DNA of 64,000 bases, from contig NW_027191405.1 in the NCBI RefSeq assembly GCF_041146345.1, forward strand, positions 248,001 through 312,000, written 5' to 3'. This document shows positions 25,345-37,931 of this stretch, piece after piece (positions within the stretch are counted from its first letter, which is position 1; every line of letters starts with the position of its first letter). A program made the position numbers and the translations under genes. The notes under the pieces were generated by a model that did not search any database, had not been told where the DNA came from, and worked only from the letters and a program-made list of their open reading frames with translations. The DNA is from Neodothiora populina (lineage: Eukaryota).

Positions 25345-26088
25345 TCACATCCTACTAGGCGACAGCGGCCTGTTGAATCCACCAGTACGATTCATGTACT
25401 GTCTGTACTGGATCTGCTTATCCTTCCTGATGGCGAAATTCTTGTCGTTGCCCGGCACTTTGGTGTTTTTCGTCGATCGGAACTTGGTGAAGCCCATCAT
25501 TTTCTTCATGAGTTTTTGTTCGCGCGTTTCTTCGGGGTTGTTGTCTCCTGTTGTTGTTGTTGTGGCTGCGCCTTCTTCTTCTTCTTCTTCTGCTTCTTCC
25601 ATGTCTATCTCACGAGCTGCGTCGGCGAACGTCGCGCGATGCGGCTGGTCGTTTTGTTGTCCTTGGTGGTGATGGGGTGGCCGTGAAGAGCGCTGCTGCT
25701 GCTGCTGTTTGCGACTGTCGTCTTCGTTGTTGCTTCGTCGTGGGGGTTGGGAGTAGTCGTGTCTTTGGGGAGGGTAGCGTGCGTTCTGCGTCGGTGATCG
25801 CTCTCGATGACGGTCTCTGGGATCATCTGAAGAGAACATATTAGTTCACTCTCTTGACTAGTTCCTTTGATACGAGACGATGGCTCATTCATTACCTCGT
25901 CGCCCGCCTCGCTCGAGATCCCTCCCTCCTCCTCGTCCTCCGCTCCCGCGCTCTGAGCCCCGCCGTCCTCCTGAGCCGCCTCGCCAATTCTCCGAGCTGT
26001 GGTGTTCCCTGCGACTGTCTCGGTCGCGATCACCGCGCCCTCTGTCTCCTCCTCCGGGCGTCTCTTCCCTCGGCGCGCGCGACGACAT
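25345..26088 (-). CDS. SNRNP27: U4/U6.U5 snRNP 27-kDa protein-like (DUF1777)
   Basis: C-terminal MMGFTKFRSTKNTKVPGN...YRQYMNRTGGFNRPLSP; R/G/D-rich N-terminus. Intron 25827-25895. Confidence 0.88.
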
Positions 26089-26397
26089 GCTGCCGTGTTG
26101 TGTGTGATATGTTCTGTGCCTACGCGGTGTGATGGGGGGTCGATGTGCGACTATGGATGGATTGCCGCGCTTCAACGATACATGTGGTGGAGGTGACTTT
26201 TTCGATGTAGAATGGTATTGAAGTATGAGACAAGTGCAATAGATGATGATTGTTATCGATACCAGAGTTGTAGAGTGAACACTACCTTATGCTGGAAGCT
26301 CAATCTTGGCATTCGTCGGAGAATCTACCCCGGAGTATCTTGATACGCAATGGTATAGGTGATATGCGAACGTCTCATGCATGCTATTACTAGGTAA

Positions 26398-27549
26398 TCA
26401 TATCTCGTCTTCCTCCTCGTCAAAGTCGTCTTCGACCCCCATGTCGTAGAGGATCCTACCACCCTCTCCTCCACCCTTCTGAGCATCAAAGTAAGGCAGG
26501 ACAACACCCTCACGATCTCGTCTCTGCTTCTCTGTGAGACCGAGCTCAAACGTGACGTCCATGCCATCGTCCTCGGCCGCTCCCTTGCCATTCTCTTCCT
26601 CGGGTCGTCTATATAGCGGCTGATCTTCGAGGAGTATCACCGTTTCTCTGAACCTGCTCACATTGCCACCGCTAGAGGTCTGTTGTGATGACGTGGCGGG
26701 TTTGATGGATGGATGAGGTAGAAAATACCACTCGCGCACTCCTCGTCCTGACTTGCGTCTATACTCCATCTCGAGCACGAGTCCCTCGGGTCCATTGCCA
26801 CCCAGACCGACAAGGATACCTTCGATGTCTTCCTCGAGGCCGAAGACTGGCTCTGCGACGCTACGATCCCGAGCAGCCTTTCGTGATAGTACATGATGAA
26901 TTGAGTGCGTCGTCATGATGGTCGTAGCTAGATATCTCAATACCGTCAAGGGTTGTGGACTATAAGGTGCTGACTGAAGTATCGATGTCGCAATAGGAAT
27001 GTCAGCGTGATAGAGTGCCAGCAAAGAGACCGTGGGGGATATGAACGACGACAAAGCCGCCGGAAGATTCGATGAGATCATCGGATCCGAGCAGAGGGTG
27101 TTGAGACTGTCGAATATGACAACTTTGCCTTTTTGACCTGTTAGACTCAATCTTCGGAGCAGGCTTGATCATATGGACTTACGTTGTGTTGGTGATGCGC
27201 TTAGATGCGCCACAATCTGCCTCTGCACAGTGGCGAACCCTTCCCTCCATGCTGGGACGAATATGTCAGCACCACGAGGCTTCCGTAGCGTCTGGTATGA
27301 CACGAATATGACTTGATTCCGTGCAGTCTACATGGGTAAATGTCAGAGTTATTCACTTCTGCACGGATAGCAATGTCTTGGCTTTCTCACATTTGCACGC
27401 TTGATATACTCGCGAATGAGCGGTTGACCAGACTGCTCCAGACTATCAATGATCAGAGTGAATGGCGATGCAGACTCCTTTTGGCTCAAGAGTTTCGAGA
27501 TCAGGAGCAGATTATGCGTGCGTCGACGTTGCAGACTTCTTGGGGCCAT
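26398..27549 (-). CDS. ELP5: Elongator complex subunit 5 (Iki1/Elp5)
   Basis: LLLISKLL...SPFTLIIDSLEQ, RRKSGRG, TFELGLTEKQRRDREGVVLPYFDAQ, ILYDMGVEDDFDEEED. Introns 27328-27390 and ~27129-27182. Confidence 0.85.
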
Positions 27550-28386
27550 CTTGATTGATGAATGTGGTGGTGAAATTCTTTTTATCTCGTTGGATTGTGT
27601 ATTGATCTCTGCACCCAAGCCGGTACTCTGCTCTGCGCTTTGGGTTCAACGAATTGCTTTTCTTGAATTTTGCTTTTGGTAGGCCAGCGACTGACGTATC
27701 AAAAAAAACGTATGTTGTGTTTTCAATCACTGTTCAATCAATACTGGTCGCGAAGATCATGTCAAGCTTACTGTACTGTACATGCCCGAAGTGTGGGGAA
27801 GAGGCGGTTCGCTGAACCAAGATCCCAACCGAGTAAGTTGCTGGTCCTGGATACACCATGTCCTTTTCGAGGATGAGACATGACTGGCCAGAGTCGAACA
27901 CCGTCCTTCACTGCATCACTATGATGTGCCCAGAACTATCCAAGGGAAGTATTGTAGTGGCTCAAGAAAGTACTGGTAGGCACAGCGTGGGAATCGGCCA
28001 TGCAGTTCTGTGGGGCAAACCTTGATTGTTCTACGTCTTAGCCATGCCAACCAAGGCTCGAATGGTGATGAGATTATGTGTGTACACAGTTTCAATAATG
28101 GCGGATTATCCGAAGAATTGTTCTTAGATGAAACAAGTTGCCTTGTCGTCGACTGGAACAGTGACATGATGAATTCAAGTACAGACATAAAGACAGGTTG
28201 TCCGGAGTGAAAGCGACTAAACCCCTGGTCCCCGCATATAGTAAGGTAAGGCAGGTACTTTGTTTCATTATTATCAAGTGATTACTACCTTACCCTGCGC
28301 CTATCGGCTTCGACGACTGGTGAACAGCAAACACAATCGCAATCATCTGCTTTTGCCGACTACACACAACCAGAAAAAAAAACATC

Positions 28387-29188
28387 ATGCCCATTCACAG
28401 CACACAGGTCGTCCGTCTGGACGGGCTAATGCTTGCCGCATCGGTGGAGAACTCACCCGTAAGACAAACACCGCCCCCCTGTGACATGTGCTATCTTCGC
28501 ATTAAAGAGTAAGGCGGCTACTGACACAACATTGCACACGCAGGAGGAAGGCGGCAGCATAGCCAACCTCAAGACGCAACAGCGGTCGATAGTGCGAGGG
28601 CTGACCAACAACTCGGTGCCGCGCGCCGCCATCGACTCGGGCAACTTCCTGCTACACTACCTGCGCCACGACGACCTGGTCTTCTTCGCAATCACCGAGC
28701 GCGCATTCCCCAAACACCTCGCCCAGATCTACCTCGACGACATCTCGGCCGAGTTCATAAACACCCACAAGGACTACCGGGCCGGGGGCCTGCGACCTTA
28801 TGCATTCAATGACTTTGACACGTTCATCCAGCGCACCAAGAAGTCGTACGAGAACCCGCGCGCCTCGGACAATCTCACGAAACTCGACCAGCAGCTCAAG
28901 GAGACCACGCAGATCATGTCCAAGAATCTCGAGGATCTGTTGTACCGTGGAGACAGTCTCGACAAGATGGGCCAGATGAGTTCGGATCTGAGAGAGTCGA
29001 GTAAGAAGTACAAGCGTGCGGCTGTGCGCATCAACTGGGAGTTGTTGCTCAAACAGGTCAGTCTTCCTTTTCTTTCTGGACCAGGGAATCAACAATGCAT
29101 CTCTTCGTGCTGACAGTCTCTACAGTATGGTCCCTTCGCCGCTCTCGGATTCATTATTCTCTTCTTCATCATCTGGCGCTTCTGGTAA
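28387..29188 (+). CDS. SEC22: ER-Golgi R-SNARE Sec22 (longin + synaptobrevin domain + TM)
   Basis: RLDGLMLAASV, RPYAFNDFDTFIQRTKK, MSKNLEDLLYRGDSLD, INWELLLKQYGP + TM. Introns 28459-28543 and 29057-29125. Confidence 0.95.
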
Positions 29189-29867
29189 ACCAGTTACCTT
29201 TGTTTGAGATCGACGGACAGGATGGAACACGCCATGAAGAGGCTACACAGGGATGACCGAGCCCTATCTCCGTGACTGCAGCTGTCTAGGAAGCGAGTTT
29301 GTGCGCTAGCAGACACCTGGCACGACCACATCATACCAAAGGCGCTCACACAGGAGAGACCCCGTGTGGACAGAGTCGGACGGGATTTCGACTCAGTACC
29401 CCAAAGGGGAGGACATTTCCATATGTGCCGTCAACAAGGCGCCGTTGAGCAGACTCGACCAAAAACATACCTCCCTTCCTAGGTAGCTCTGAGAGTACAC
29501 CAAGACATCCAAGGAACAACCCCATGTCAGGCGTGCCATGGGGCGGGAGCGGGCATGCGACGACTCGGCTGAGCATTGGCGCTTCTGCGTCGGGTGCTAT
29601 CATGTATATACAACCCTAATGCGGTACGAACATGCGATCATGCACGCAGCAGGGTTGACAGAGCAACGAAACAGCATATGCACGAGAAAATCTCATGTAT
29701 AATCCGACCAAAACCTGGCCATGACGTTCGTGTGATTTGACAAGTGAATCTCGTTGCGTGCGACCCGTCACTTGTATCATATATTAATCCTATAGATCAA
29801 AGCCAATCTACCATACCAGACGTTCCATTCCATCGGGACCCACCAACCCTGACCGCGTCAATCGGAT

Positions 29868-30823
29868 CTACAAGTGGTTAACAAGAGCATTACCACTCTT
29901 GATGAACAGCGTGAAGATCATTCCGACGCCCGACAAAAAAGCCATAGTGCGAGCGTTCGCTATCACGCATAGAGTCAGCCAATCGTTCCCAGCTCCCATC
30001 TGCCTTCGCGTTCCCAAAAGGTAAAGAAAAGACAGAAAGAAAAAAAAAGAAAACTCACCCATAGCATCCGTCTCATTGGTGATATAAATCAGATTATAAG
30101 CCACCCGACTTGCCAGATATCCGCCCGCGAGCGCGTTCAGAGTCCAATTATCCAGCTTGGCGATATTTCCCGCGACTACGGCGGCGGCGAACAGGCCCAC
30201 GTTCTCGAAGCCGTTCTGCTGCGCTGCTTCGGCGCGCAGGATCTTGCCTTTCGTCGCTGTTGTGCGCTTGATCAGTCCGAGTTTTGCGCCTTTATTGTGT
30301 CCTGGGGGTGGGGAAGGGGGGGGGGGGAGGACACAGAGGGGTAGGCAGGCATGGGGATGGGAATGGATAGATACCTTTGTCGACGGCCTGATCGGCCTCG
30401 ACGGCCTTGATGTAACCCCGAGGGTACTTGTTGTCGAACTTCCCGAGGCTGGCGGCGTAGAAGTGCGGGATGATGCTCAGGACCCACGCTGCGGGGATGC
30501 AGTAGAGAGACTATGGTTATACATCACCATCATCAGTCACGGAGCCATTGTGGAGCAGACCACCAGCACTGGAGGGTCTGGGGTTTGGGGGTTGAGTATC
30601 GAGGGCGGATAGAGGCAGATGCGGCGCAGAAGGGAAGTTGGTGCTTGAGTGCTGGAGGGGCTCTGTCCGTCACTCGGGACGGATTCATGCAGGCGCGACG
30701 AGGACATGGAGCGGTGTGGTACGTCGCGTGTGGTACATTCATCCTCAGTGCAGTAGACAGATCAGGTAAAGACGATAGTCAACATACCAGATTGCGAGTG
30801 AGATCAAGAGCTGCGGCGGCCAT
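29868..30823 (-). CDS. MAPEG family membrane protein (4 exons)
   Basis: MAAAALDLTRNL|SLYCIPAAW, RAEAAQQNGFENVGLFAAAVVAGN, YLASRVAYNLIYI. Three GT-AG introns, first at 30511-30787. Confidence 0.85.
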
Positions 30824-30989
30824 TTTGTCTTTGATTCTTTTCTTCAGTAGTAATAGAAAGGTGTAGTTGGATAGTTTTCTGTACAGATAAAAATACTACG
30901 CAAGAAAAAAAAGGGAATTCAATCGTTGCTTAGACTCTGTGTCCTCTTTCACCTCTATCTATATGATTTGGAAGACCTGTTGTACGTGC

Positions 30990-30997
30990 TGACGTCA
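30990..30997. promoter_or_regulatory. CRE/ATF palindrome TGACGTCA ~170 nt upstream of MAPEG start
   Basis: Perfect TGACGTCA; function inferred from position only. Confidence 0.3.
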
Positions 30998-31359
30998 AGC
31001 GTTGAACCTTCGAAAGTCAATTCATGGCCAGAGCCAGGACAAGCGCCCCGTTGAAAGACAAGAAGATCGTCCGCTCTGCCGATGGATGTTCGAAGAGCGT
31101 TGTGGGAATAGTAGGTCCGCCGGATATAGTGCTTGGGTCGACATTGGGGTGGTCTCGGATTGAGGCGATTGTAAGAATCGGCAAAAGACAAAAACGATGT
31201 CTTCTGATGGCGTCCATCTGTATACGATGCATTTAGTCTGCAGAGAAAAACAAATCTATATGCGTTGAGCATTCGAGTCCAAATGTGGTATATAACAAAC
31301 ACATCGTGTTGAAAAAGGACAGTACCCCCAATAATAACTCCAGTGCGTGCAAATAAGCC

Positions 31360-33804
31360 TCACTCCGGCAAGAACGCCCGGAGAGAGCTGGCCCTCTTAG
31401 CCATCATCTCCTCGTATTCTCCGTCAGCAGTACTCAAAGTAGTCACTGCGCCTCCCGCACCCAGACGCCATTTCTTTTCGTCACTCCATTGGAACGCCGT
31501 CCTGATGACCACGGAAAAGTCACCCCCACCGCCGACATCGAAATACCCTATAACGCCGCTGTACAAGCTCCTCGCGCTTCCCTCGATATCCCGCAGAATC
31601 TCGCATGAGCGCTTCTTTGGCGCACCCGTCATTGAACCAGGAGGTAGTGAAGCGGCGAGCACATCCAGTCCGGTTCTGGCCTTGTTATTCTTCTCGCCAG
31701 AAGCATTGAAGGATCGAGAGGTAGAGGGAAGTTGCCCTTCTATGACAGAGACCAGCTGATACACCGTCTCGTATTCCTCGACTTGCATCAGTTTTTCCAC
31801 GCGCACATTACCAGGTCCAACCACTCCGTGCAGATCGTGTCGGATAAGATCGACAATCATCAGGTTTTCCGCTTGCTCTTTGTCGCTATTCAGTATTGAT
31901 TCTGCCTTTTCGCGTGTCATGTCATCCGTCTTGAGCACTGTGCCCTTAATCGGTCGAAACTGGCATTTCCCTGTCCTTGACCAGGACAAGAAACGCTCGG
32001 GACTGCTAGACAGGATCGTAATATCCTCATGCGTTTCGCCACCCTTGAATCGCATATACGCGCCGAATGGTGCGGGATTCATGTTGCGGAGTCGACCGTA
32101 CAATTCCCAAGCAGTGGGCTGCGCACCTTGGGCAAAAGTCACAGTAGTTTGATCAGTAAGACAGAGCTCGTACGAGTCGCCAGCCCGGATGCCAGACTGA
32201 CATGTATCAATCTTGTGGGAGTAGACGTCTCGTGCTGGAGTGGAGACCATCGATTCCTGTAGTGACTCATGTTGCTGTTCCCTTGCAGAGTCTTTGGAGA
32301 TAAACGCGTCGCCATTATTCGTCGGAAGAGCCACAGAGTGTATGCTGTGATCAATGACAGACACCGTGTGCCGTACCCAGTCATGGTCATGATCGCGTAT
32401 GGTTTGAATAAATATCTTGTCCTCGACGTGGTCGATGACGACACTACGCTCAACTTGAATGAACCAGACATCCGGATGTCGCTCTGACACTGGCGAAGGC
32501 TGTACATCGATGGTCTGTAATCCTGCTTCGTAAGAGACAAAACCGACAAGACCACCCCAGAAGGGCAATACTTCGGGCCCATCGACGGCCCGATTACTGT
32601 CCATAAAGTTGTCGATAGTTGTCCAGACATCTTCTATGGAACCCGATACTTCACTTGTCGTTCCAGGCAGAGTGCTCGTGATTGTCCCTCGGCTTGTGGA
32701 ATATGTTATGGACAGCGGTGTCCCATCCAAGCATGCGAGGATACTAAATCGACCAGTCTCTGGCCTCACAGGCACGCCATGCTTTGTGCCAGACTCCAGT
32801 AGAATGATCCTTCCTTGGACATCTTGGAGTGCACTGAGAAGCACAGTAGCTGATACTTCACTTCCCTCAGTACCAATGCTCCTCCAAGCTACCGTGCGCT
32901 TCTCACTTCGTCGTTCTTGTCGCACTCTAGACGAGTCTCGAGTCGCTACCGGCGTGCTATGCGCAGTCGGAAGCGTGAAGCCAGAAGTGATATCGAGTGA
33001 TGACCTCGAACTCGAGTCGTGTCCCTCAGATTCACTGCAATCGCTGGAATCCGTGTCAAACGCATGACTTGCACTGATGGGCGGGCCAAAGGCGACGGCC
33101 TTTGCCGCTGCCTGCTGGAATGACCATGCTAGTGCTTCGAACCACCAGTTTTTGATAACGCTTGCACCAGCTGCATTGGTACAGATGGATTCCGGATGAT
33201 ACTGTACGCCCCAGAATGGCTTGTCGCTATGCTTCAACGCCATCAGTACTGGGCCATTGCGCTGATCTGACAGGTCCCAGGCCAGGGGAGCCAGTTTCGG
33301 ACATGATTCTGTCGGTTGCCACAACTGATCTCGCGTGCGCGCAAGTTTCGATCCATCTAATCGAACATGCAGTGAATGATACTGTGTCGCATCCACACTT
33401 CCAACACCTCTGAAGATGCCATTATCGCAATGTGTTAGTTCAGTAATCAGACCATGGCGTGGCTCGACAAGTCTCTCAGCCGATCCACCAAACGCCAGGG
33501 CAAGGCTCTGGAAACCAAGACATATGCCCAGTACTGGGAGACAGATGGCATCTGGTACATGCCAAAGTCTGCCGATGAGTCCCAGATGGTCTGGGTTTCG
33601 AGGATCGCCAGGACCTGGGCCGGCTACGACGCCATCGAAGCCTTTCAGGAATGTATGGAAGTGCGCATCATCGTCGGTGGCAAAGCGCTCGTCGTCTATG
33701 TGGATCGTCTCGACTGTCGCATTGAGTTGTTCCTGAAGGAGGACGATTATATTATTACTGAAGGAGTCATATGCATCCAGGAAAAGCAGGCGCGGCGGGT
33801 GCAT
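31360..33804 (-). CDS. ABZ1: Aminodeoxychorismate (PABA) synthase, fused PabA-PabB, intronless
   Basis: DAYDSFSNNI, GPGPG, LGICLGFQ, QYHPES (class I GATase); SYELCLT, SSPERF, RPIKGT, AENLMIVDLIRHDL, PPGSMTGAPKKRS. Confidence 0.95.
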   Translation of the reverse strand: MHPPRLLFLDAYDSFSNNIIVLLQEQLNATVETIHIDDERFATDDDAHFHTFLKGFDGVVAGPGPGDPRNPDHLGLIGRLWHVPDAICLPVLGICLGFQSLALAFGGSAERLVEPRHGLITELTHCDNGIFRGVGSVDATQYHSLHVRLDGSKLARTRDQLWQPTESCPKLAPLAWDLSDQRNGPVLMALKHSDKPFWGVQYHPESICTNAAGASVIKNWWFEALAWSFQQAAAKAVAFGPPISASHAFDTDSSDCSESEGHDSSSRSSLDITSGFTLPTAHSTPVATRDSSRVRQERRSEKRTVAWRSIGTEGSEVSATVLLSALQDVQGRIILLESGTKHGVPVRPETGRFSILACLDGTPLSITYSTSRGTITSTLPGTTSEVSGSIEDVWTTIDNFMDSNRAVDGPEVLPFWGGLVGFVSYEAGLQTIDVQPSPVSERHPDVWFIQVERSVVIDHVEDKIFIQTIRDHDHDWVRHTVSVIDHSIHSVALPTNNGDAFISKDSAREQQHESLQESMVSTPARDVYSHKIDTCQSGIRAGDSYELCLTDQTTVTFAQGAQPTAWELYGRLRNMNPAPFGAYMRFKGGETHEDITILSSSPERFLSWSRTGKCQFRPIKGTVLKTDDMTREKAESILNSDKEQAENLMIVDLIRHDLHGVVGPGNVRVEKLMQVEEYETVYQLVSVIEGQLPSTSRSFNASGEKNNKARTGLDVLAASLPPGSMTGAPKKRSCEILRDIEGSARSLYSGVIGYFDVGGGGDFSVVIRTAFQWSDEKKWRLGAGGAVTTLSTADGEYEEMMAKRASSLRAFLPE

Positions 33805-34251
33805 TGAAAAGCTTGGTACCAGGATATATGATGTATTCTATCAATCAGGCAGGACCGATAGGGAATGATATTCTAGGCTCCAGGCCAACACAAAAGACAT
33901 AGAAGACAAGGAGAGATCGTGCAATGCCAGGCGTGCCACTCTGAATTCACGATGAGGATGGCAAGAATATGGTCGCACACATGTCAGAAGATGGATGAAT
34001 TAATCTTCCATCAGTCATTATTCTCCGGCATCATCTGCTTCTGGAATTTCTCAGACCCTGCCGATGTTTTCCGTTTGACCCGCACGCTAAGAGCACGAGT
34101 GCCGACGGCCGACAACCTTATTCCTGCCCTTGTCACGTCTTGACGGCGATCAGCTTTGGGGAGAATTCCCCCGCGCTCCGCTGATACACAAAAGGTCATT
34201 GATTGTTGACTTTCAGTCGTCGGAGAGTCATGCGCCCGTGTCCTCTGCGCC

Positions 34252-35402
34252 ATGACAGGGAAGTACCAGAATGCGCCCTTGGATGAAGTTCAGTTCCGAC
34301 GTCCAGAAGTGATCCAGTGGTGGGGCGGCATCAGCGCAGACACTGTCCATCCTATCATTCGAGAGTCGCCCTTCTTCGATCATACCAGCAAGAATGGCCT
34401 CTTGTGGGAGCAAGCGCAGAATGACATGCGCACGTGGGAAATATGCAACAAGCGCGAGGCCTTCGAGACAAGACTCAAGTCCATGAATGGCGTCGAGTAC
34501 ATGATCGTGGGCGAGCCACAGAAGGTGGAAGATGCCGAAGTAGTGGATACGGGCATCTGGGTCATAAGGAAGCAAGAGCGGAGGAAGAGGACACCGCGCG
34601 AGGACGACATCACCGTGCTCGGCACATATTACATCGTGGGCGAGAACATGTACCAGGCGCCATCGGTGTCTGACATCATTGGAAACCACATGGTAAGGAC
34701 AGTTCCATGTTGCACCACTTGATCAATCACAACTGACAGGTCTAGCTCTCGGCCATGAACTCGCTCAGCAAATTGGCAGAGCTGGCCGAACCCTTGCCCA
34801 TCTTCACGCCCGCCCTTGGCTACACATTTTTCCCACCAGCCCCAAGCAAAGCAGCTACATCGACGCAATCGCCAGGACTGCAACCAAGTCGGGAAGGAAG
34901 CATCGCTCCACCAGGCAATCATGTCTCTCAGCCGAACACTGCGGCTGCGCTCGAGGGCAATCCCCAAGCACCTTCCGTCGCATCCACTGCCGCACAAGTA
35001 CCCGATCCGAGAGATTCATTCGCTCTCTTCGAAAGCTTGCAGATGATGACGCGCTACGGGGACGAGTACATGGACGAAAATCCCCTACGCGGAGAGCCAG
35101 GCAATTTCATATTCAGTGCGACCAAAGAGAGGCTGCGTGCCAAACAGGCCGAACTGGAAGCCGCCAAAGCCAAGGAGGCAGAGATTGCCAGAAAGCTCGA
35201 GCAAAGCAGGAATGCGTTGGGAGCCACGCCCTTCGCTGCGTCAACAACTGCGGCCAAAGCCAAGGCTGATGCTGCGACGGCCGAAGGAAAGCCTTTGGTC
35301 AAGAGGTCCAAGACTGGTGAGAGAAGGAAGAAGAGAAGCAGGAATGCCACCTCCCCGACATCACCTATGACTCCTGCGACCCCAGCGACGCCGGCCTCTT
35401 GA
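34252..35402 (+). CDS. MED6: Mediator subunit 6
   Basis: PLDEVQFRRPE, SPFFDHTSKN, GIWVIRKQ, YYIVGENMYQAPS, EYMDENPLRGEPGNF. Intron 34693-34745. Confidence 0.9.
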
Positions 35403-36007
35403 GGGAGTAATGGCAGGGAAGATGAACGAGAACGATTGCAACCCCCCATGTTCAAGCTCAAGATATCGTCTATGCTCACGATGCTTACGCAGCTTGAGAA
35501 CGTGGCTGTCAAGTAGATTTACTGGCTCCGGCAGACGCTCGATTGCTAACGATACCCAATGCAAATTCCAAAGTAGTTCACCATAGCCTCTGTATATCGA
35601 TATGTGATTGTTCATGCGACTCGAGCGATTAATGGTGGACATCTCGCAAACTGTCGTGTCCATCGACCCAGCTTGATAATTGCCCATAGCCCATGTCTGT
35701 AGTAAGCATCACTTAGTTTCTGATAACAAATTCGAGGACGAACGACATCTGCTACCGAGAACCACCTATGACCACCACTTAGCCATCATCACAATATAAA
35801 TCATGAATAGCAAGGGTGTGCTCTGTACATGAAACAAATACCCCGCAAAACCACATTTCCCCTACACGCAAAAGCCGAGAACTGGACAATCGTCTGCCGA
35901 TGGATGAATGCACCGTCTGAATCCATGATATCACATCGGACAAGAAACCCATCCGTCTCTCTCTTATCACAGCAATAAACCCCCACAGACCGGGATGAGG
36001 TCGCACA

Positions 36008-37132
36008 ATGACTTCCCCGGCAAATGACTTCAAACCTCCTCGACTGCCCAAGTTCCCAGCCCACAATGCTCCGCGGGTGTGGTTCATGACCAGCGGAGAC
36101 TCGCCCGTCGCCGTGTCGCTCTCGCGCTACCTCTTGGACCATGGAGACTACATAGTCGCCGGCGTGCGGCCTGTCGAGTTCGAAAAGGACGAGGAGCGAT
36201 CGCGCGAGTTCAAGGAGTTTCTACAGGAAGTCAAAGGGCAAGAGGCATGGCAGGGACGGCTGAGAGTCGTGGGACTGGACGTGCGGAATATGGGACACTG
36301 CCAGAGCGCGATTGCAGACGCCTTGCAATGCTATGGCCGCATCGACATCCTCTTCTGCTGCACCTCTGAGACGGTGGTTGGCACAGTGGAAGAGCTGGCG
36401 CAGAGTCGAAGGACACAATCCCTCGTGCGCGACCAGTTCGAGACAAACTTCTTCGGTCCCGTCAATGTGATCAAGGCGATTCTTCCCAGCTTCAGGACCA
36501 AGCGCAACGGGCACGTCTTGATGCTTTCAGCGCTCTCGGGTCACTTGGGCACCCCTGGACTGGGCATCTACTGCTCGAGCCAATGGGCCATCGAGGGTTA
36601 CTGCGACAGTCTGGCCTACGAGGTCGCGCCATTCAACATCAAAATGACAATCATCCAGCCCAACATAGAAATCGCCGTCTTGACGAATAAAATCACCTCG
36701 GTACCTCCTTTGCCAGCCTACGCTCCCGACAGCAACCCTGCACCGCTGTTTCGCGACATCCTGGCCAGTCTTCTCGACAAGTTAGAGGGCACCGAGGAGC
36801 CCACCGTGGGCGATCAGCTTCAGGCCGACACGGTCAACAGCGTCTATGCTCCACTTCACAAGCCCTTGCGCGATCAATTGGTCGCCGAGACGGTGCATGC
36901 GGTTGCCGCTATTGGCGGACATGACAATCCTCCTGCCCGGCACATTGTGGGCTTCGAAGGCACGTCCAGCGTCAAAGAAAAGCTCAAGACGGTCAGTGAA
37001 GAACTTGAGGATTTCGTCGAGAGCAGCATCGCCGTTGATATAGTGAGAGAAGAGGATCCCGTTTACCAGCAGGGCGGTTACCACCAATCACAGCAGCAAC
37101 TCCAACAGCAGCACGCTCAGCAGCCGAGTTGA
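36008..37132 (+). CDS. Short-chain dehydrogenase/reductase-fold protein with degenerate catalytic motifs
   Basis: GRIDILF, QFETNFFGPVNVIKAILP, LAYEVAPFNIKMTIIQP (SDR). Cofactor loop reads TSGDSPVA and catalytic motif reads YCSSQ. Confidence 0.85.
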   Translation: MTSPANDFKPPRLPKFPAHNAPRVWFMTSGDSPVAVSLSRYLLDHGDYIVAGVRPVEFEKDEERSREFKEFLQEVKGQEAWQGRLRVVGLDVRNMGHCQSAIADALQCYGRIDILFCCTSETVVGTVEELAQSRRTQSLVRDQFETNFFGPVNVIKAILPSFRTKRNGHVLMLSALSGHLGTPGLGIYCSSQWAIEGYCDSLAYEVAPFNIKMTIIQPNIEIAVLTNKITSVPPLPAYAPDSNPAPLFRDILASLLDKLEGTEEPTVGDQLQADTVNSVYAPLHKPLRDQLVAETVHAVAAIGGHDNPPARHIVGFEGTSSVKEKLKTVSEELEDFVESSIAVDIVREEDPVYQQGGYHQSQQQLQQQHAQQPS

Positions 37133-37931
37133 TACGATGAAACAATCGATTGCTGCGGTTTCTCGATCCCAAAAACACTCGTACCTCTCGGCTCTTGTTC
37201 AAGTTGGGCTTACTGAAATCAACACACGCGCAACGGTCAACCAACCCTTCGGTGGTTCGTCGGACTCACCGGGATGTCCGGCCTCTCGGTGGCAGTGTTA
37301 GACGCCGAACACCCACAGATGGCTACCACAGGCAGCTATAAAATGGCGCTAAAAACGAATCATGAAGCACGCTCACCAAAGTAACTGTGCTATTGATATC
37401 GCGCAATACTTTTATTGCTTTTGGTTCCGCCCAGGAGGGGCTTTGGGGCGGATGGACTTGACTCCAGCGCAGGTCCATGTACTCGGGAGACCCTGCCATG
37501 GCTAAGCGATGTTCGCTTCGTTGAGAATCGTATAGGGTTCGAACACACCATACCCGGTTAGTGCTGATGCTTTACTTTGCATTAGGCTCGCGATCGCATG
37601 AACTCTTTTCCACTTGTACAGCATTGTACACTTGCCTTCCCCGCAACTAAACATGAGATCACCTCACGATAAGTTATTGTGGCAGAGTTCTGACGGTCCA
37701 GGATTTGCGACTGCGGAAATCCACATATTTCGTTCATCACCGGATTGCTCTTTGACGGCTCGAGCTTCTGTTGGTCAATCGCCGTCGCGAACTGCATGCA
37801 TGGCTTATATGGTCGTTGATTGAATTGCCTCCTCTTTATGTACACTTCACACGCCTATCGCCGGAATAGCACTCATCATCTTTCCACATCGACGTGCCCC
37901 CACATATGCTTGGCTTACATCCACCGATCGT

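Noticed and set aside
14123..33804. Possible cluster of A-T-R reductase, DUF1772, MAPEG and PABA synthase
   Set aside because: Interleaved with core genes (MMTAG2, SNRNP27, ELP5, SEC22); ABZ1 looks like the ordinary folate gene; no shared regulator visible.
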